Translations under genes and position numbers: made by a program
Assembly (NCBI GenBank): GCA_964016885.1
Contig: OZ024745.1
Coordinates: 87,048,001-87,112,000 of the forward strand
DNA from: Eledone cirrhosa
Lineage: Eukaryota
Direction of reading: 5' to 3'
DNA: 64,000 nt
Notes under the pieces: generated by a model
The model's database searches: none
What the model saw: the letters and a program-made list of their open reading frames with translations, nothing else
Told to the model about the DNA's origin: nothing
Shown here: positions 13,978 through 25,400 of the stretch, in pieces
Layout of the letters: each line of letters begins with the position of its first letter
Position numbering within the stretch: position 1 is the first letter of the stretch

Positions 13978-14150
13978 CTGTATTTTTAATCGCTGGTCAA
14001 TCAATGATAAATATTGATTGCCAAATAAATTAACTATGGAGATATAAAAGATACAGAAGCGAAAACAAGCCCAAACCAAACACTGAGTGTGTTATGTTAT
14101 TATTTCTGGCAATGTTATAACAATATGACCCTCCCCAAGTATAACAATAT
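13699..14150. repeat. Fold-back with a hammerhead at its apex
   Basis: 13699-13870 is inverted relative to ~13932-14150 (with a small insertion). The loop contains the HHR. Confidence 0.85.
13894..13937 (+). ncRNA. Minimal type I hammerhead ribozyme
   Basis: TATCA-CTGATGA-t-GTC acagatgtgc GAC-GAAA-GAAC-TT-TGATA; stem III is one substitution from the GTAC palindrome. Confidence 0.7.
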
Positions 14151-14364
14151 CTCTTATTTTTAAATTTACATTTATTGTCATATGCTGTTATATATAAATT
14201 AACTCAAATACTTTGCCGCCCCTTACGTAATTAAATAACGAATATTTTAAGGGTCAGTGATCAGTAAAAATGAAATGTTGTTTAGTCTAATTAATGACCT
14301 TGTTCATTCTTGTTAACATAGCCCTAAAAGTGACATTATTTGGCCTAATTAGCGATATTATTTG

Positions 14365-14570
14365 GATTGGCAGTATCGGTAGAGAGTCGGACACCATATT
14401 TTTCAGCATAGAGTTAGGGTCCTTTATGATCTGAGTTCAAATCCCGCCGAGGTTAACTTTGCCTTTCATTCTTACGGGGTCGATAAAATAAAGTACCAGT
14501 AATGAGTCGATTTAATCGACTTTCCCCTCCCCCCAAATTGCTGGTCTTGTGCCTATATAAGAAACAATTA
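14365..14570 (+). mobile_element. tRNA-derived SINE
   Basis: Near full-length match to the SINE family at 56272. Confidence 0.8.
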
Positions 14571-14749
14571 TTTAGCCTGTGAAAATAATCTTGTTTATCG
14601 TAATACCTTAAAGTACTCACTTTATTTACCTTAATCAGAAATGTTTACTTTTATTAGCGATCCTGTTTAGCCTTATTGTTGATCTCATATAGCCTATTTG
14701 TGACCATCTCTATTATTTAACACAGTCGGTTTTCTTATGTCAATTTCAG

Positions 14750-15018
14750 TTGGTTCTGCTTGTTGTGCTGGACAGCGGTCAGTCTAACAGTATCACTCGC
14801 CAGAGTTTGTCTAGCCGAAAGGAGTTCTGTCTTTGCAAGGAGTTCGTTAAGCGCTGCGGGAGCTCGATCTCAGGCCGGCGTCAACAGTCCAGCAAGTGAC
14901 CGGGAGAGAAACAACCTTCGCCAACGTATAACCCAAAATGATGTTCAAGTAGCTGACCAGAGAGCCAGAGAGATTTTGGCCAAAAAGAACCAAGAAGATC
15001 GTTTCTTTTTTAACATAG
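14750..15018 (+). CDS. Coding exon of a secreted protein (possible animal heme peroxidase N-terminus)
   Basis: GC-richer island with tttcAG acceptor and AG|GTAAAG donor. Open frame WFCLLCWTAVSLTVSLARVCLA (signal-peptide-like)...ITQNDVQVADQRAREILAKKNQEDRFFFNI(G); ends in phase 1. Confidence 0.6.
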
Positions 15019-15640
15019 GTAAAGTTATTAATGGGGATAGTTGTTATATTTTCTATAAACCTGTTATTTTTTATTTTCTTATAATTACTGTTGATATTGA
15101 CGACTATAATGGCTTCCTGCTACTAAATATGTTGTTGTTGTTGGTCTTGTTGTTGGTGTTGGTGTTGGTGTTGGTGTTGGTGTTGGTGTTGGTGTTGGTG
15201 GGAGCAATAATTTTGTAACGATGAAACCAACACAAATAATCAAATAATACTAGAGAGCCAATTATGCAAAATGTTGTAGTTGTGTAGCCTCGTTTGAGCC
15301 GGGATTGAGTGTCTGATCAAATGTGTTCTAGCTGTGACCACCCCATCTTAAATTCATACATAGTAAATTATAGACTACATCATTTAATGTGCCCCAGCTC
15401 CACTTCCTAGCTAGTTGTTTTATCTTCTATAAAGCAGGTTTTTTTCATTTCCTTATAATTGCTGTTACAATTGACAATTATCATTGCTTCCTGTTGTTGT
15501 AGTTGTTGCCGTTACTTTTGTTATTGTAGTTAAATAATCTAATAGCTTGCTACTGTAATTGCTCTTATTGTTGAAGAATAATGGTTTGGTGGTTCTGTTG
15601 CTGTTGTTATTGTTTTTTTTTTTATTGTTGTTTGTTTAGT

Positions 15641-15785
15641 GAAGGCGCATGGCTTAGTGGTTAGAGCATTAAGGCTTGCAATCGAAAGGTTGTGAGTTCG
15701 ATTCTCGGACCGGATGATGTGTTGTGTCCTTGAGCAAGACACTTTATTTCACGATGCTCCAGTTTACTCAGCTGTAGAAATGATC
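15641..15785 (+). mobile_element. Second tRNA-derived SINE family with CORE-like segment
   Basis: A-box TGGCTTAGTGG, B-box GAGTTCGATTC, then TGTGTCCTTGAGCAAGACACTT. Confidence 0.7.
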
Positions 15786-17266
15786 TGCGATCCTACCAAA
15801 TCAATGGGTGGCAGTAGTTCCAGCTGCTCGCATGGAAAGACTGGTGTAGTGGCTCTGAGGACAATGCGGCTTTGCAGATGATCAATGCAAATTGACAATG
15901 GAAAGGCGCTCCCGCTTGAGTTAGAAGAGAACTATTGACATTCAGAAAAAGCAGCGACCCATGATTGTATTCAGCAACCGAAACAAATATGAGGTACACC
16001 AAATCCAATGCTCTTAGGAGCGGCCCTGGTTCTTCTTATTTGCGAGTGTAAAACTCGACCAGATTAGATTAGATTAGATTGTTGTTGTTGCTGCTGTTGT
16101 ATATAGAGGTTGTACAAGTAATGAGCACCCCACTGTTGCATGGCTACCTGGCTGGTTAATGTGAATAACTTGTGCTCTTTACAATATTATCAAGTTTGTA
16201 ATGTGATGTATTGTGGGCTCAAACATGGCCGATATGTTAAGAAGTTTACTTCCCGAACATAATGTCGTAGATTTGATCGCAGCGTCTAACTTCTAGGACA
16301 AGTCTCTTTTATCATACCCTAGTCCCAGATCGATCCAAACCTTGTGAATGAAACTGAGTACACAGAAACTGTGCAGAAGCCAATTGGATGGATTATGCTT
16401 ACAATTCAAAGACCAGTTTTATCATACACAGTCACACTGAATCTAGAATTACGTTGAAGTTACACGTGACATACTCAGTTATTTAGTCTATAATTCAATA
16501 AGTAAGCAGATCTGTTGATTTAACAATTAAAATACCCATTGACAAACCTTTGGAGATCAATATACAATCTTGAAACATTATATCCAGGATCGTACATAGA
16601 CAATTGTGTCGGAATGCGAGTGAATCCTTTGTTTTTAAATGTAAATGAAGATAGAGCGCGTGAGATTAAGACCCCTTGAGTCACCTCATTATTTTCCAAA
16701 TTGTCTTCCAAATTTGCAATCTTATTTAGTTGTCGTTTTTAACATATTTTTCGTTCACTTTTAGATTAAACATTAAATTCAAAACTTGAATATATTTCCT
16801 GAAAATAACATTCATAACACGTAAAGCTCTCGCGATTTCATAAAGGAAAATTGATATTGCTCGGCCGTTTATAATGTAACACATTCGTACTCAGAAATGG
16901 CGTGGAAGTCTTCTGAAAGTGATTACAAGTAGAGAATACGCAGTTCAATGGATATTTTGTAATTAGAATTAGTATTAAATTAACGAGGAGAATTCAGAAG
17001 CTTATTTATTATTTCAGTTTGCATTATATAGGTGAACAATTATTAACATGCCGGTATATAAGCATTATATATGTATGTGTATGCGCGTATATGTACACAC
17101 ACACACACTCTCTCTTTCTCTCTCTCTCTCTCACACACACGCACACACATACAAGCACACATATATACAAACACACACACACACATACACGCACACATAT
17201 CTATATCTACATCTATATCTATATCTATGTATATATATATATATACATATATATATATACATATAT

Positions 17267-17383
<117 letters not shown>

Positions 17384-17804
17384 CATGAATACATGCATGC
17401 ATACATGCATACATATATACATACATACATACAAACATACATAGATACAAACATACATACACACATACATACATAGATACAAACATACGTACATACATAA
17501 ATATTCTTTACGGCGTCTGAGAGAATGCTTGGTGATATTTGTTCCGCTTTATTGTGAGCTTTGAGTTCAAATACTGTCTCCTATCATCGGAAAGGCACGA
17601 ACACTTCTGCCATGAGTTGCAACTGGCAAATACTATCAGCAGAGAAAAGTCTAATGGGAATGTAATACCGTTCATCGAGCAGTAGAAAATCAGCTTCTTT
17701 ATTTTTTCCAAATGTTACTGTCTGTCGACATAAACGAAAGGGACTACTCAATGCATTTTATTTAATGTCAATGTGTGTAATATTTATGAGAGTTAGCAGG
17801 GTAG

Positions 17805-17972
17805 GGCTGTGGATTGGCAGTATCGGTAGAGCGTCGGACCAATATGCTTTATTAGTTCAAATCCTGGCGAGGTTAGCTTTGATAACATAACGTACCAGTA
17901 ATGCACTGGAGTCAATCTAATCGACTTTCCTCTCCCCCAAAATGGTTAGCCTTGTGCCTAAATCAGAAATCA
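17805..17972 (+). mobile_element. SINE, internally deleted
   Basis: GGATTGGCAGTATCGGTAGAG...GTTCAAATCC...GTACCAGTAATGCAC...CAGAAA. Confidence 0.7.
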
Positions 17973-18242
17973 ATATATATCGGTATTAGTATATAAGTTA
18001 TCTGTCATGATATATGCATGTTACTTTGAAAAGCGTGTATGTATTTTTGCTGGTTTTTGCTACAATCGAAGACTATTTAATGTCCTGGGTAGACTGGTGC
18101 ATTTCATGATTAATTATTCGCACTTCTAGTAAAATAATTCCATGTATTGTTGCTTGTTCACTTTTCATCGAAGCTTTTGTTTCTACTGTCGTTGAGCACC
18201 TGGTCACTGACTAAATAGATTATTGTGTGAGAGATATTTTAC

Positions 18243-18556
18243 TAGGGGTTGGATTTAGACCTTAGGGATCCAGGAACACTTCACGTTTGGGGCCCCTTCA
18301 CACACACACAAACACACAAATAGACTACTCTGCAAAATCCCCGAATTTTACATATCAAAGTTAGCTTGGCGCAAGTAATTGGAATTTGAAAAGTTATACT
18401 TACAGGTATTAAATTAAAAAGTTCTAACCATCCTAAAACTAAAAAGCCCAGTTGAGAGCACAAATAAATAGCTACGGCCGTCGCTGGAGGGGCACCCCAC
18501 TGCAGGGGCCCCGGCGCAATTACCCCCTTTTCCCCAACTCATTAAGTCCAGCCCTG
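18243..18556. mobile_element. Possible hAT-type MITE
   Basis: Degenerate terminal inverted repeats TAGGGGTTGGATTTA / TTAAGTCCAGCCCTG and internal GGGGCCCC motifs. Confidence 0.4.
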
Positions 18557-18694
18557 ATTTTACAGAAATCATCCAGTTTCGTCTCCTATAGCCAAAGCAA
18601 CAGCAACATTGTTAAATGCTAGTCAGATATATGGTACATCTGCTATGGAATTAAAACATTGTAGCCAATTAAGAAAATATAATTTTCATCATCG

Positions 18695-18733
<39 letters not shown>

Positions 18734-18741
18734 GCATCATC

Positions 18742-18775
<34 letters not shown>

Positions 18776-18970
18776 ACACCAACAGCAGCAGCAGCAGCAG
18801 CACCACCACCACCACCACCACCACCACCACAACCACAACATCACCACCACCACCACCGCCATCACCACCACCACCACCACAACCACCACCATCACCATCA
18901 CCATCATCATTATGACCATTATCGTTACCTGCACCACTTGGTGTGTATCATCATTGATTCTATTATTGCT

Positions 18971-19120
18971 ATGTCCGTCTCTATATATCCCATAGTGGGA
19001 TAGCTTTGTCACTCCCTGACATTTTCTGGTGTATGTCTGCGGTATTTTCTGTTGGTATTTCGTAGTGTTCACATAACTTTTATTGTGTAAATCCCAAATA
19101 TGTCATATCCATGAATATAC
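18971..19120 (-). mobile_element. R4/Dong LINE fragment within a trinucleotide mosaic
   Basis: Closely matches 22227-22385, which encodes the RLE-proximal region (…KATVLWD…). Confidence 0.65.
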
Positions 19121-19121
19121 T

Positions 19122-19184
<63 letters not shown>

Positions 19185-19302
19185 TCACCACGACCACCAC
19201 CACGACCACCACCACCACCACTACTAATACTACTACTATTACTACTACTACTACTACCATCACCACCACCACCACCACCACCACGACCACCACCACCACC
19301 AT

Positions 19303-19341
<39 letters not shown>

Positions 19342-19584
19342 CCATCACCATCACCACCATTAACACCATCACAAGGACCATAGGCACGACGACGACGACG
19401 ACGACCACCACCACCACCAGCACCACCACAACCACAACCAACACCACCACCACAACCACCACCACCATCACCATCATCATTATGACCATTATCGTTACCC
19501 GCACCACTTGGTGTGTATCGTCATTGATTCTATTATTGCTATTGTTGATACGAGTTCATAAGTAATATTCTATATATTCAACAG

Positions 19585-19717
19585 GAGTAGATAGAACCCG
19601 AAGAAACACAGCTATATTTATGCATAACATCTTCATCTCCAAAGCCCCTAAGGTAACCGATGCCTTAAGAAACAGTGGAGTTCTTGCAATCACTGCCACC
19701 AAAGAACTGTCAAAAAG
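19585..19717 (+). CDS. Next coding exon of the same gene
   Basis: ttcaacAG acceptor and AG|GTAAAT donor. Phase 1 in matches the previous exon. Open frame GVDRTRRNTAIFMHNIFISKAPKVTDALRNSGVLAITATKELSK; ends in phase 2. Confidence 0.6.
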
Positions 19718-19744
19718 GTAAATGTATAAAGATTACTTTTTATT

Positions 19745-19920
19745 GTAGTATCGGTAGAGGGTCGGACGCTATGCTTTGCAGTATAGAGTTATGGCCCTTT
19801 ATGATCTGAGTTCAAATGCTGCCGAGGTTAACTTTGCCTTTCATCCTTACGGCGTCGATCAAATAAAGTACCAATGATGCATTCGGGTAATCGCTGGCCT
19901 TGTGCCAAAAGTAGAAACTC
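19745..19920 (+). mobile_element. tRNA-derived SINE
   Basis: Family match. Confidence 0.8.
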
Positions 19921-20084
19921 TATTACTCTATTACGTGTTCCAGCCGAGTGGCTGTGGCCAGGGTGTTTATTACGGAAACAAAAAATTCCTAACGAGGACT
20001 GAATATGTAAGTGTTGTAGGGAAAAAACCTGACCCCCCCCCCCCTGTAACTAAAAGTGGACGAGGCGAAATGTCTATAAATAAT

Positions 20085-20303
20085 TATTTCTACTTTCGGC
20101 ACATGGCCAGTAATTTTGAAGAGGAAGGGAAAATCGATTAAATCGACCCCAGTGAGTGACTGGTACTTTATTTTATCGACCCCGTAATGATGAAAGGCAA
20201 AGTTAACCTCGGCGGGATTTGAACTCAGATCATAAAGGGGTGCAACTCTATGCTGCAAAGCATGGCGTCAGACCCTCTACCGATACTACCAATCCACCGC
20301 CCT
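20085..20303 (-). mobile_element. tRNA-derived SINE (inverted relative to the 19745 copy)
   Basis: Reverse-complement family match ending in CCAATCCACCGCC. Confidence 0.8.
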
Positions 20304-21469
20304 AACATGTCTATAAATAATAACTGACAATAAAAAGAACTGTCAGTTATTAGATAGTCAAGTATGAAATTTGTAGAAATTTGTTTTTTTTTCTACAAAT
20401 GTCTATACATTTCATACTTGACGATCTAATAGATTGTGTGTACGTTGTCTCTCGTAGTGATATCGTTGGTAATTCAAATTTACACCAGGGGAATACTTTG
20501 GTTTTACCCTCGTTTTGTACAGATAAAGTTTCGTACAGGTACAGGTGTGTCACACCATTATAACAGAAAGTCTCAAATACCCATTGTCACTGCTTCCGCC
20601 TCTTACGCGCTCCCTATCTCTCACTCCGGCGGACAGAAAAGAGAAAGCGTTTCCCTGGAGGATGATGACAGAGGCGCGCTGAAAGAGCCATTCCAGCTTG
20701 TGAGGCTCAGGCATGCTGGGTGCCAACTTTGTGCCAATGGTGGTAAGTAGGGAGGTGGTCCTAGTGCCAAGAGCACCAGATACTCGCATTTGTAGATAAG
20801 TTTGAAGGTCAAGCACGAGACGAGTGTTTTGGCAAATCGAAGGTCGATGTGAGAATAATCTCAGACGATAGACTAAAATTTCGGTGGTGCCATCAAAAAT
20901 TGAAGAACATTTGATAGCAATACTCAACAAATGTTCTGATAATATAAAGTATACGGGTGACTGAGATACACGAGATGTATTGTACCACAGTAGCTTATAT
21001 AGCAAAATATCGTCTTCTTTATATGCCTTAGACACAGGCACGTACGTGTCAGGCAACGGTACTTGACGATAAAAAAAGCTCACAGTTAAATAAGTTCAGT
21101 TTGTTTGGATAAATCTGGACAGTACCTTTCTGAATAATCTTTCACTTTCTCTTTGTAATCTATTCTGAATACATATTTCCTGACCCATTATTTTGCCCTT
21201 AATTAGCTTGTTCATTTGCCATCAGCTTCAGACATACATCCAGCTGAGCAACCAATTAAATTCAATACCTCGTTTTCTCCATAGGACAGGTAATAACAGT
21301 CGATATCTGTTTATAATATTTATTCTCTAAAACTAATTATGTAAAGAGAAGTAGATAAATATTGCAAAGTATTTGAATTTCTATAGTTTTCGCTACTTCA
21401 ACGAACAGATAAATAATAATAATAATAATGTCTACAGAAAGAATGATTGATAGTTATGTAGAGACCCTA

Positions 21470-21925
21470 AAGACCATTCCAGCGGTCATGCATACAAAGT
21501 TTCCGACAACTATAATGGTTTTGGGAGTCGTGAACAACGAGGGAGATGTCATGCTTCCTCGTGTTTTTTTCTCCAGGTTATAAGGAGGTGCTAGAGAAGG
21601 GTGTGAGGACTTAGATAGGAAGCATGAGCAAAAGAAAACCGTTCATCTCCCTACAAGACTCTGCGACGTCTAATAAGACAAAGATAACCCAAGAATGGAT
21701 GAGTTACAATCCCCACGATCATGGCAATCAGAACATATAAACTTCTACCACACCAGAGCTGAATCTGTTGGACTACAATGTATGTTACGTAGTCGAGACA
21801 ATATAAAGTTCGCCATAACTACCACAACGTCCAAAATAGCTAGAAATCATCTGAATCGGGCACGTCAACGATTTAGACTTCGTATTAAAGCAGTTATCCA
21901 TATTAACGGCGGATCCATTGAATAG
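21470..21925 (+). pseudogene. Tc1/mariner (maT/DD37D-like) transposase remnant
   Basis: Translates to VMHTKFPTTIMVLGVVNNEGDV…LQDSATSNKTKITQEW…PELNLLDYNV…RFRLRIKAVIHINGGSIE*, with stops and frameshifts. Confidence 0.75.
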
Positions 21926-21974
21926 CTATGTTAAGAAGGATATCAAGATTATTCACGTTAATTTTTCATCAACT

Positions 21975-22385
21975 TAATTCATAACTTGTATGTCTTTAAT
22001 TAAATTCATGCAAATGATCTCAAAGAACTGATCAACCTTGTAGAATCATTATTTTCTGTTCGTTGTATATATTTGTAAGTTCTAGGATTTAGGGATCGTT
22101 TAAATTTAGATAATTTCTCCATTTCCTTAAAAGAAATATTGTCGTCTGTGGTGATTGATGTGTCAATTAGAAGGAAATTCATTTCTTTGTGGCCTTTGAC
22201 CACAATATCTCGTCGGTTAGCTTTGATGTCCGTCTCTATGTATATTGGCCTATCCCAGAGTACGGTAGCTTTGTCACTCCCCGACATTTTCTGGTGTATG
22301 TCTGCTGTATTTTCTGTTGGTATTTCGTAGTGTTCACATAACTTTTATTGTGTAAATCCCAAATCTGTCATATCCGTGAATATAC
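21975..22385 (-). mobile_element. R4/Dong LINE 3' fragment (RLE endonuclease)
   Basis: ORF 22006-22287 KATVLWDRPIYIETDIKANRRDIVV…LLIDTSI…EK is a degenerate RLE motif abutting (TAA)n. Confidence 0.7.
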
Positions 22386-22413
22386 TACTACTATTATTAT
22401 TATTATTATTATT

Positions 22414-25400
22414 GAGTCTGAACGGACGTCTTTTTGCTCGCTCTCGTAAGTTTATTTATTGACCTGTCAAAACTTATTTATTGAATTTTTTGTTGTTGTG
22501 TAAGGCATACAAGCCCTTGGACTTTTTTGCCCTGTGAAGGGGGAAGAATAATATTTGGGCCTTTTGGCCCAAATATTTGAACTCTTTTACATTTTAAAAA
22601 TATTATCGAAAAAAAAACCCCCAAAACATGGCTGAGCCAGCCCCCATCCCCAACGATATGTCTGCTGTCGTGCGACAACGACGTAAAAGTTGAGAGAAGC
22701 GCTACGGCGAAATTAACAGAAATTGATACAACAAACACCACCACAAACAATGTGAACAAAGACAGCAATGATAACAACACTGAGAACTCTAATTTTGAAA
22801 AAATGACAGTAACAGCGACAACGAAAATACAGATGACAAATGCAACAACAATATCAACACCACTAAAAACAATGACAAATGCAACAACAATATCAACACC
22901 ACTAACATGAAAACAAATAACGACAACACCAAATAGCAACAATAGCAACTGTACCGAGAACAAATAGCAAACAAATAGCAAACAAATAGCAACAATACCA
23001 ACTGCACCGAGAACAACGGCGGCACCAAAGACAACAATGATAACAGCGACAGTGACAACAACAACACCAACAAGAACAACGACAACAACAACAACACCCC
23101 CAACGACAACAAGAAGAACACTTTCGCTGCGGCAGCAGCAAAAAAGAGGCCATGCTTCAACATGGAGCTCTCAAACAAAGATGAAAAGTTGGTCCAGGCC
23201 TGGAAGCTCATCAAGCAAGAGCAAACCTGGCCAACTTAACCCTCCCGGTAGAAGCTATTGAGGCAGCTGAGCGCAGAACGGTGCAATATAGATGCCTCTC
23301 AGCACAAACCAAAAGGGGAGCTTTAATTTCACAAGCAGATGTCGAAGTCGCGCTGATGAGGTGCATCAGAGATGACACCGAATACATAGCGAGGGGCAGA
23401 CAGTACGGCACCATTTCAATGCTGTTCAAGTCAGAAGCCCTCGCTATGAAACACGCTATGACTCCTTGCAAAACCAGTAAGGTCATAATGTACGCCTCCC
23501 ACATGGGAAAAAGAACGGCCCGTCTCCGCATTCCCAGAATCCCACCAGGACTTGACATGTGGTGGCTTCTGGGATGTGTGATTGTGGAGGGGACGGATAC
23601 CGTCCCGATAGAAATGACAAGAACGGCCAGAGAGGACTGGTCCGGGGTTGACCTGGAGATACTTCTCCAGATCAGGCCGGAGAATGTGAAGACAATCCCG
23701 GACCACATCCGCCTTCAGAATGGGACGGTCATTCATATTATGACCGAGGGTAAATAGCCGCATTGTTTTGTTAGTGGGGAAAAAACTCATTTGCGAGCCT
23801 TCTGCCCTCAACTGCTGAAAGATGCAAGGGGTCGAAGGGTTCTACTGCTGTCGACGCCGAGGCGAGGACCACAATCAACACCAACACCGGCAAAACCACC
23901 AGCAACAACACCAATAGAAAGACCACCACCAACATTGACCACCCAGGGGGAAACGAGGAAAGTTGTCAAATTCCCCCTCCCCCCCAAAAATATACACACC
24001 AATAAAAACATAAACACACACAGAGACACACTTACAGACACAGACCCCCCCATCTACCAGTAGTGAAGATGAGGGAAAACCCAAATCCGCCAAAATACAA
24101 AAAACGAAACACAAAACGAAAAAAAAACTCAACAAAGCACAAAATCACCCACTATAAAAAATGAAGACACCACCCACGCAAACATCTCCCCAATAACACC
24201 AACATCAACACCACCATCACCATCACCAGAATTCCCCAAATGCAAACAAACTAAACAGACGCAATAACAAATACTCACACAAACATCTGAAACCACAGAC
24301 ACCGCACTCACAACAAACACAGACACAACCGAAACAACACCATCAAAACCATCACCACCACAGCCACACAAACAAATAAAATCACACCAACAAAACTTTG
24401 TGCTCGTCAGGAGGGCCAACAAATAACTGATTGCCCTCGTAGCACGAAGTGATGATATACAAAAAGAGGGGGACATTTTAAAATCGAGCACATTTCGCGT
24501 GCCGGAAGATTTGTTTCTGGTGCGAATGTCGCTCGAATATATACAAAGAGATACGAGACAGCTTTCCTCGGGACGTGGGAACCCCGAACGTAAAACCCAC
24601 TTCAAGACTTTTAAAGGGGTTCCCAAAAGAAACGCCACCAACTATGGAGGTCGAACTACCCGGCCTTTACAAGAGCCTGGAAGGTAAGTAATTCTTTCCT
24701 CTCTCACTTTTAACCTGCCAACATGGCCGTATTAAGAGTAGGGAGTTTAAATGTTCGAGACCTGGGATCGTCCTGTACGCAGGGTCACCTGCTCAACGAC
24801 CTCAGGTCTCTAGAAATCGATGTAATTGCCGTCAGCGAGACCAGGATTTCCAACACGCACGCACTAGCCCCCATTTTCGACGACTATCAGATCTTTGCAT
24901 CTGTTAGTCGGCCGGCAATGAGAGGCGGGGTGGCAGTGCTGTTTAGGAAAGGCCTGGATCTCGAGGTAAGGTCAATCTTCCCGGACCCGGACGGGAAGTT
25001 CGAGGTCCTCGAAGTGAACAATAACGAAGGTCGTGCCTTTAGACTGGTGGCCGTCTATGCTCCTACTGGTGCAGGACGGCCGGACTTCTTTAGACGCCTG
25101 GAAGCCTTTCTGGGTACGTCTTGCCATTTACTGTTAGCGGGGGACTGGAACGGCATCTTAGACGCACGCTGGGACTGTGTGGAAGTATCCGATAGGAGCG
25201 GGTTCCAACTGTCTGACAGGTACCGACTAGATTTCCCTAATGCGCCAGTGTGGACCTGGACTAACTGCATAGGGTCATCTAGATCGTATATAGACAGGAT
25301 ATTCAGTAGGAAAATAGACAGAAATAGTGTAAGCTGTCCACGTTTTAAAACGGTCGCGTATTCAGATCACAAGTTTGCGATCTGTATGGTCGACCTAGAT

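Noticed and set aside
15641-15720. tRNA gene
   Set aside because: A/B boxes are present but there is no complete acceptor stem and it continues into a SINE body.
16520-16810. Minus-strand ORF MEDNLENNEVTQGV…
   Set aside because: Short, stops immediately upstream, no recognisable motif.
20436-20750. ORF ending at a GTAAGT donor
   Set aside because: No recognisable homology and no convincing phase link to the upstream exons.
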